A DNA stretch of 64,000 bases from Paraspadella gotoi (taxonomy: Eukaryota; Animalia; Chaetognatha): the NCBI GenBank assembly GCA_051294375.1, contig CM119264.1, positions 2,534,475-2,598,474 of the forward strand. The letters are read 5' to 3'. Shown here piece after piece: positions 52,818 to 64,000 of this stretch (the first letter of the stretch is position 1; each line of letters begins with the position of its first letter). A program made the translations under genes and the position numbers. Under the pieces are notes generated by a model. It ran no database searches and had not been told where the DNA came from. It saw nothing but the letters and a program-made list of their open reading frames with translations.

Positions 52818-52885
52818 TTAAGCGGTCACCGGGCTCGAACCCCGGACCTTTGGTACGGGAGACCAATACATACGGTTCCGCGATG
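52818..52885 (-). pseudogene. tRNA-like remnant (Gly-CCC-like anticodon arm plus T arm), likely SINE head
   Basis: Minus strand ttggt-CTCCCGT-accaa anticodon hairpin, then aggtccggGGTTCGAGCCCgg B-box/T arm. D arm and acceptor stem are not intact. Confidence 0.45.
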
Positions 52886-54334
52886 GTTTATTTTTCGCGT
52901 TTCAGTCAAAATCACAAAACAAATCCAAAACAATTAAGAAGTGATTCAATCTCTCGATTCAGTCTGGAGCTAACGATCAAAAGCGAACGACCTGATTGGT
53001 CAAAATAGACCGGCCACTGGCTCGACTAATCGTCGATGGTCAACCGAAAATGTGGCCATAAAAAACAACCGGACCGTAAAGTTAACGCAATTTGTGTTTT
53101 TTTCCCCCGTATTTTTTTCCGTTTTCCCCCGCTATTCGATTTTTTAATCTGTTTATATTCGATTCTGTGAGATTCGAATTTCGTAATTCAATTAAAAATC
53201 GTTCTGAAAAATCTTCAGCTCCTGAATCGAGTTCACAAAAAGTGGGTTAACGAAGTTTGACTTGTTCCTTTATTTGGACCGAAACCAGATTTTTTTAAAG
53301 AGAAAAACTCGAGAGCGAAATAGAAATAGAATGGACCGATTTTGTTTTTTCTATAATTTCGTTCTTTTCTTTCGTCCTTTCTATTTTCCTTTATCCTCTC
53401 TTTCTCCTTTCTTTTTTTTTTCAATCCTACATCTTTGCCCTTCCTTTTTCTATGTCATTTTTTTTCCTTTCTCTTTTCCTTTAATCTCCAATCGTCATAT
53501 TCATCCCATATCCTATCTATCCGTTTTATCCTTTTATATATCTTTCTTCCTTTCTATAATATTCCTCTACTCTCTTTCCTCTCCTCTCTTTCCTCTCCTC
53601 TCTTTCTCTCTTCTCTTTCCTCTCTTCTCTTTCCTTTCCCTCTCTTTCCACTCCTCTCTTTCCTCTCCTATCTTTCCTCTCCTCTCTTTCCTTTCCTCTC
53701 TTCCAATCCTCTCTTTCCTCTCCTCTCTTTCCTCTCCTCTCTTTCCTCTCTTCTCTTTCCTCTCTTCTCTTCCTCTCTTCTCTTTCCTCTCCTCTCTTTC
53801 CTCTCCTCTCTTTCTCTCCTCTCTTTCCCCTCCTCTCTTTCCTCTCCTCTCTTTCCTTTCCTATCTTTCCTCTCTCATCTCCTTCCATTCTTCTTCATTT
53901 AATCTCAAATTTCGCCATGTGGGGGAAAGGGCTGAAAACACACTTCCTCCTTAATATCTCACACTTCCTTCTCATCGCTCACACCTCTTCCCCCATCGCT
54001 CATAAATTCCTCCTTCTCTCTCACACTTCCGCACTATTCTCACACATCTCCTCCCCAATCTTTCACACTTCCTCTCCATCTCACAAACCCTTTCACTCTC
54101 CCAATCACGCCGCTTTTCACACTCTGCCCGCGCGACTTCTTCTTAACCGGAACCGGAAACGAAGGCGACGCGCGGAATCAGTCACGTGACCTGATGGAGC
54201 CGGACCCGGATGTGAGGCGTCGCTGAATCCTGGAAAGGAGCGGGACTGCAACCGGATTTAAGAGCGGCGCTGCATCTGGAAGCAAGTGACCGAGTCTAAT
54301 TGAAGACCTTTTTATACTGTATAACTATAAGCTA

Positions 54335-54866
54335 CCATGATGGAAAAAAACTATCGCGGTAACTTTCCAGCTATTTTTCGGCATTTTAATGTAAGAATCT
54401 TTTATTGATAGTTTGATACTTTACAATATAAAGAGAATATTCTGGAGCATCGACAGCATTAATGTATTATTAATACTGCTTTTTTTTAACATATGAGTCA
54501 ATATTCATTCTTGAATCTATCCTAATGGAGATGATGCAATAACCATTTAACATGAGACTGTTCAAAGGCAGGGCTTTTTAATAATAATGGTTTAACTCGA
54601 AAAGTAATAAAAAAAGAACTGGATATTAGTATAAACAAAAAATGTAAAAATAAAAAAGATAAAAAAGAAGTAAGCATTTTTTTGGACAACTAATTTTCTT
54701 TAGTATGTAACTCTTGTATTTTTTGTCGTACATAAATGAGACGCAGTTCATATGAATCACAAGAGGCCAAAGTTTCTCGATATTTAAATATTATTTTTCG
54801 ATTCTTACATTAAAATGCCAAAAAATATCTGGAAAGTTACCGCGACAGTTTTTTTTTCCATCATGG
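54335..54866. mobile_element. MITE with ~65-bp TIRs and TA flanks
   Basis: TA|ccatgatggaaaaaaactatcgcggtaactttccag.tattttt.ggcattttaatgtaagaatc ... gattcttacattaaaatgccaaaaaatatctggaaagttaccgcgacagttttttttccatcatgg|TA. Confidence 0.85.
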
Positions 54867-55805
54867 TATCATTTCAGATGAAATCAGAACCAAAAATGGA
54901 ATCGGATCCGCGCCTCGGATAAAATTTGGGATAGTTTGTTTAAATTTTTTTAAAGTTATTAAAGCTTAGATGAAAAAAATTTGACCAATAATTCCAAATA
55001 ATTTTAATCTTTAAAAATTCATAGGGGAAAAATTACATAAATAAGGTGTATTTTTCTCGATCTTAAAGATGAGACGGTTTATAATTGACTTCTTTAACTA
55101 TTTTCCATAAAACCTTAATTTTTTTAGTTAAAAACTTTTGCTAGCTTTTAATCTTAGTTTTACTTAAATTTTATAAATATGACGCTTACGAAAAATTTTC
55201 ACAAGGTGGGGGCTCAATTTGTAGTATAGTGTAAATTGTGTAAAAAAGATGATAAATTTGGCAAAGTCTACCGTGTACCATATATCCGGGTGCGAGCGTG
55301 TCTGCTCTCTGCACCCGGATTCAAGCGTCTCGGCACCCGGATTCGAGCGGGACTGCACCCGGATGTAAACGGCGCCGTACCCGGATGTGACCGGCTCCGC
55401 CAAAAAAACCAAAACGAGTCTCGACCGAAGATTCAATTTGCGCAGCCGAGTTTCACCGGCGGTCGTAGAGAGGAAAGAGGAGGGATAGAGAGGTGAGGAA
55501 AGAGAAGAGAAAGAGAGGAGAAGTGGAGAGAGAGGTGAGGATAGAGAAGAGAAAGAGAGAGGAAGATAGGTAAGGATAGAGCAGAGAAAGAGAGGGGAAG
55601 AGAGTTGAAACAGGTAAGGAAAGAGAGGAAAAAGAAAGGAGAAAAGATGGGAGAGAGGTGATTATAGAGAAGAAAAAGAGAGGTTAAAAGGGGAGGTTAG
55701 GGAAAAGGAAAAGAAAAGATAGAAAGGGGAGAAAAAAAGAGATAAGAGAAGAAAAGTAATTAAAAAGTGATGTTGTGGAAAACAGGGAACAACAACAGTG
55801 AAAAG

Positions 55806-55882
<77 letters not shown>

Positions 55883-57906
55883 AAGGTTATCGGGGTTCGC
55901 GATTGGTTCCCGACTCGCTCCCTTTCCCAGCTCCACAGTTTCTCCCGAGAAACGTAATTTGTTACTATGACAACTCGGTAGTGATTTTTAACCGAGGGCG
56001 GTTTTGAACGAGAGAACGAGGTGGGTAAAACTTAAAGGGTGAAGAGTTCGTGTCGGTTGACGTTTTTTTTTTTTTGAGAAAGGAAATGTCTCCGCTTTCT
56101 GTCCTTTTTATTTTGTAAACAGTTTATGTTTCATGGATGAAAAACAATTTTTGTTTTAATAAAATTCGTGGCTTAGATTTTTACGTGATTAAAACGAGAA
56201 ATGTCAATTTCTTGTTTTTATAATAAAACTTAAAATTAAAACCTTTAGGTCCCGACTAAATTTAGTCAATTTTCGTACAAAGAAGATGGAAATAAAATAA
56301 AATTGGCAGCTACGTACGATCGAATGCTTCAACCTAAATAAATAAAAAAAGAAAAAACGCAAAAAGTAAAGAGATTCGCCAAAAATGTTTTTTTTTTCCA
56401 AAGGCTTCGATTCCAACCATCGAATACTTGAAATCTTAACGACCTCGAATTTCAATTTTTCGGGGATAAAATTCGAAATAAAAAATATTTATTTTCTAAT
56501 AGAAAAAAATAAATCTCATGTAAAAAAAAACATTTTTTCTGATGTAAAATCGAAAGAATTTTTCTGGTTTGAGCGAAAATCGTTGGTCGTTATTCTGTCT
56601 CCATAATTCTCTTCCGTCACCTTCGTGGTTCGTCTTTCCAGTCGAGAGACTCTTTTCTATTCTCTATTCTATTCTCTTTTATATTCTCTTTTATATTCTT
56701 TTTAATCTCTATTCTATATTCTTTTCTATTCTCTTTTTATTCTCTTTTCTATTCTCTTTTATATTCTTTTTTATTCTCCATTCTATTTCTTTTCTATTCT
56801 CTTTTCTATTCTCTATTCAATTGTCTTTTATATTCTTTTTAATCCCCATTCTATTTCTTCTCTATTCTCTTTTATATTCTTTTCATTATTCATTCGATTT
56901 TCTTTTCTTTTCTCGTTTTTATTCTTCTCTCTAGTCTTCTATTTTCCCATTTTTATCTTCTATTCGCCACCAAGCTTTTTACAGACTCTACAATTAACAC
57001 ATTCTCACCTCAACTTTCTTTCTTTTCTTAATCACGAGTAGTGATAGTAGTGATACTTACCTCTGATCACGAAGCCGAGTCATTCTCGCTTTATTCTCTT
57101 CCCTCTCTTCTTATCTTCTTCCAAATTTTCTCACTCTTATCCCAGCCACTTTTTTTCGCGTCTCATTTAACCTTTTAATTAACACTTCCTACCCGTTAAA
57201 ACAAATCTTCCCTGCTCTTTTAAATCCCACCTACCTACCCCATGTCCCGCCATGTCTCGCCATGTCCTCCCTCCCCCTTGCGCCCTTCGGCCACCTTTCT
57301 CCTTTTCCCAATTTTCTGGTTCTGCGTCGCTCCTATTCACCGCCCCCCTTCCTCCCCCCTTATCGATTTTCTTTTCCCCCAGTTCCCAAGTTTTCCCCTC
57401 CGCCCCCCTCCCATTCGCCCCCGTATGTCTCCGTCTGTTGTCGAATTCATGAGTCCCTTCGCATCGATAACTAAAAACGGAGGAAAATCCGCCTTTTTTC
57501 TGGTTTTGGGCCAAAAAAAATGGAAGGAAAAGGGTGGGGGAAGGAGGGGAAAAAATTTAAAGGGAAAAAATGGAAAAAAAAGGGAAAAAAGTTCAGATTT
57601 TCGAATCTTTTTTTTTTCTTTTTTCTTTGTAGTAGCCGACGAAATTCTTTTTTTAAAAAAAAAACAATATATTTAAATAAAATATTATCTTTCCCCCCTT
57701 TGATCATCAGCAATCGCTACAATAGCGAGGCTGACATCCCAACGATACCAAAGTTTTATCGTAGAACTCGAAAGATGTCGCTTCAACGGACAACGAATCG
57801 AGAGAGTCTTAAACAAAAGGACATTTCGACGAACTTGAAAATCTTGAAAATGAGGGCTACTCAAATCGAATCGATTTAAAGTAGAGAAAATTAGAAGTAG
57901 AAGCGA

Positions 57907-61581
<3,675 letters not shown>

Positions 61582-61594
61582 TTGAGGGAGAAGG

Positions 61595-61684
<90 letters not shown>

Positions 61685-62526
61685 AACAATATGACAGAAA
61701 GAAGAGGAATGAGAGTAAAAATAGAAAATTTTGTTCTAATCGCTTAAATTAATCGATTTCCTCTCTAAAGTTTTCGATTGAAGTCGCGGAATAAAATTAT
61801 TTAGGAAATTAAAATGATTTTTTTGAAAAATAAAACTGTAAATATTCTTTAGTTTAGGCAAAGTTAGTGGCCGGATTCTGACTGATATTCTGTAGCGAAA
61901 ACTAGACAAATTTGCTTTTAAGTGCAGACTGGAGAGATATCAAATTCGTTTTCCGTTGGCATCCATTTCGCGTTAATATTCGTGAGTTGGACATTTATTG
62001 GGCGCTCGTTACATCTTTGCATCATTGCGTCACTTTTTTGACTCTCGTGACGTTTCTTCATTGCGTCATTACGTCAAATTCATTGCTTCATCTTATCTTT
62101 TTTGGTAGCGGCGTTTTTTAAAATTATGTTGGTTTGTTAAGTCATGGCGTCAATTTTTTCTCGCGCCATAACGTCATTTCGTCGTTTACTCATTGTGGCA
62201 TAACGTCATTACGGTCCATTTCGTATTCGCGCCCCCTCGTTGCGGGCCATTGGGGATCCTCGTTCTAGTGACGCAATTGATTTTCGCCGTAAAAAAATTC
62301 GATTTGAGTCCGAAGCAAAGAATCGAGAAAAAGTCGAAGTTAATGAAGAGAAAGAGCGGAAGGGAGAGAGAAGAGATAAGAAGGGGGGGTGGGGAGGGGG
62401 GCGTAGGGGGGCGGGGGCGGCGGCGGCCGGCGGCGGCGGCGGGCGGGAGGCGGCGGAGCGTGACGCCCAAAATCGAATCTTTAACGATTTCCAATTTTGC
62501 CATTTAAGCAGAGAAGAGTCGGAAGT

Positions 62527-62579
<53 letters not shown>

Positions 62580-62770
62580 CAGAGAGAGAAGAGAGAGAGT
62601 AAGGGAAAGAGAGAGATGGGAGATGACGGCGGGAGAGAGAGAGAGTGGAAAGTATGAAGTTGGAAAAAAAGTGAAGCTGATATGTGAAATAATGAGAAAA
62701 AAAAAGACTGAATGAGATGAAAAAACTGAGATAAACATGGACCTTAATTGATATGATTATAATTATAATT

Positions 62771-63090
62771 TGTAGTTGGGTATTGCATAAGTTCACCCCG
62801 ACTATAAGCATGACACCTTCAGTCGTGACCCGGTGGCTCAGTGAGTAAAGCAAGGTACCGGTTTCAATCCCAACCCGGTACCTATCTTGCCCTGGCCTTG
62901 ACTTTGGACAGGCCTTGGTGGTTTCAGGCCTCCATCACTCTTACAAGATAATGACATACCATTTTACTGAAAGGAAAGCTGGTCACTCTGTTTGAAAGCT
63001 TGGATGGTCCTGCCATGTTAATTGTAAGAGGGATGAAGGACTCAACCCACCACAGCCAGTCCAAAGTCAGGGGAAAGATAGCTTATTAAA
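62771..63090. mobile_element. Composite repeat: family A head (62771-62882) fused to an inverted pair of family B copies (62881-62958 minus, 62993-63090 plus)
   Basis: tgtagttgggtattgcataagttcacccc..gacccggtggctcagtgagtaaagc..ggtttcaatcccaacccggtacc joins ctatcttgccc..gactttggacaggc..ccatcactcttacaagataatgacat; the mirror copy ends ccaaagtcaggggaaagatagc. Confidence 0.7.
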
Positions 63091-64000
63091 TAAAAAGAAA
63101 AAAAAGGAAAAGAAAAAGAGAAGTAAAGAAAGAGAGTAGGAAAAAACGAGTGAGAGAGAGAGACAGAGAGAGAGACAGAGAGAGAGAAAGAGAGAGAGAA
63201 ACCTTTCCCGGTTCCTCATTAAATTAATCAGTTTCGTCGTTTGATTTGGGTCGAAATGAGAAAGAACCGAAGCGAGAGAGAGAGAGANNNNNNNNNNNNN
63301 NNNNNNNNNNNNNNNNNNNNNNNNNNNNNNNNNNNNNNNNNNNNNNNNNNNNNNNNNNNNNNNNNNNNNNNNNNNNNNNNNNNNNNNNNNNNNNNNNNNN
63401 NNNNNNNNNNNNNNNNNNNNNNNNNNNNNNNNNNNNNNNNNNNNNNNNNNNNNNNNNNNNNNNNNNNNNNNNNNNNNNNNNNNNNNNNNNNNNNNNNNNN
63501 NNNNNNNNNNNNNNNNNNNNNNNNNNNNNNNNNNNNNNNNNNNNNNNNNNNNNNNNNNNNNNNNNNNNNNNNNNNNNNNNNNNNNNNNNNNNNNNNNNNN
63601 NNNNNNNAAGAAATCAATAAATCAATCAATCAATCAAGGTTTGTTGTTGACTCCTCGTTTCGCGTGGAAGAACCAACTGTGGTCGATCGAACGTAAACGT
63701 CAAAACCCTTTGTTGTTGTTGTCGTTGTTGTTGTGATCCTTGGCCGAAGAGAAAAGGAATGAGAAGGGCGAAGAGTGAGAGGGGGTGATACGAAGAAGGT
63801 CAAGATGTGAAAGGCTCAGAGGATAAGTGAGTCTCACTGACTCTGTTTGGGGCGAGAAGGTCATAGAAGGAATTTCAGAGAAAAATAAATGGAAGATGCG
63901 TTTTCATGCAGTCGTTCATGTCACGAAGGAATCGTTTCTATGTCTCTCTCTCTCTCTCTGTCTCTCTCTCTCTCTCTTTCTGTCTCTCTCTCTCTCTCTC

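Noticed and set aside
62186-62507. Overlapping ~105-aa ORFs on both strands
   Set aside because: Driven by GC/GA low complexity; no domain or clear exon boundaries.

Overview
Eukaryotic, almost certainly animal (invertebrate-like) genomic DNA. It has AT-rich introns with canonical GT-AG ends, GC-richer exons, abundant microsatellites and many N gaps. Parts (about 1.5-21.5 kb and 31-39.7 kb) look like indel-rich, uncorrected long-read gap fill, so most ORFs in the supplied track are spurious or broken. Reading across introns and frameshifts I find: (1) an intron-containing, secreted bacterial-type V8/glutamyl-endopeptidase-like serine protease on the minus strand (whole gene about 19468-24829, 3' half repeated at 64-1490), a horizontal-transfer candidate; (2) calnexin (minus, 2236-4198); (3) a fibrinogen-related-domain gene (plus, core 15063-15800); (4) two tandem 4-exon sulfotransferase-fold paralogs (minus, 41983-44480 and 45832-51969); (5) a cytoplasmic tyrosine-kinase-like pseudokinase with catalytic loop HGRLTARN (plus, about 57907-61581). 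Mobile DNA includes a 3.4-kb TA-flanked TIR element with a paralogous empty site, a tRNA-headed SINE-like family that also forms a TGT...ACA foldback element, several MITEs/foldbacks and a minimal Penelope-type hammerhead ribozyme. There is no CRISPR array, rRNA or intact tRNA. All calls come from reading the sequence by eye; no database searches were run.
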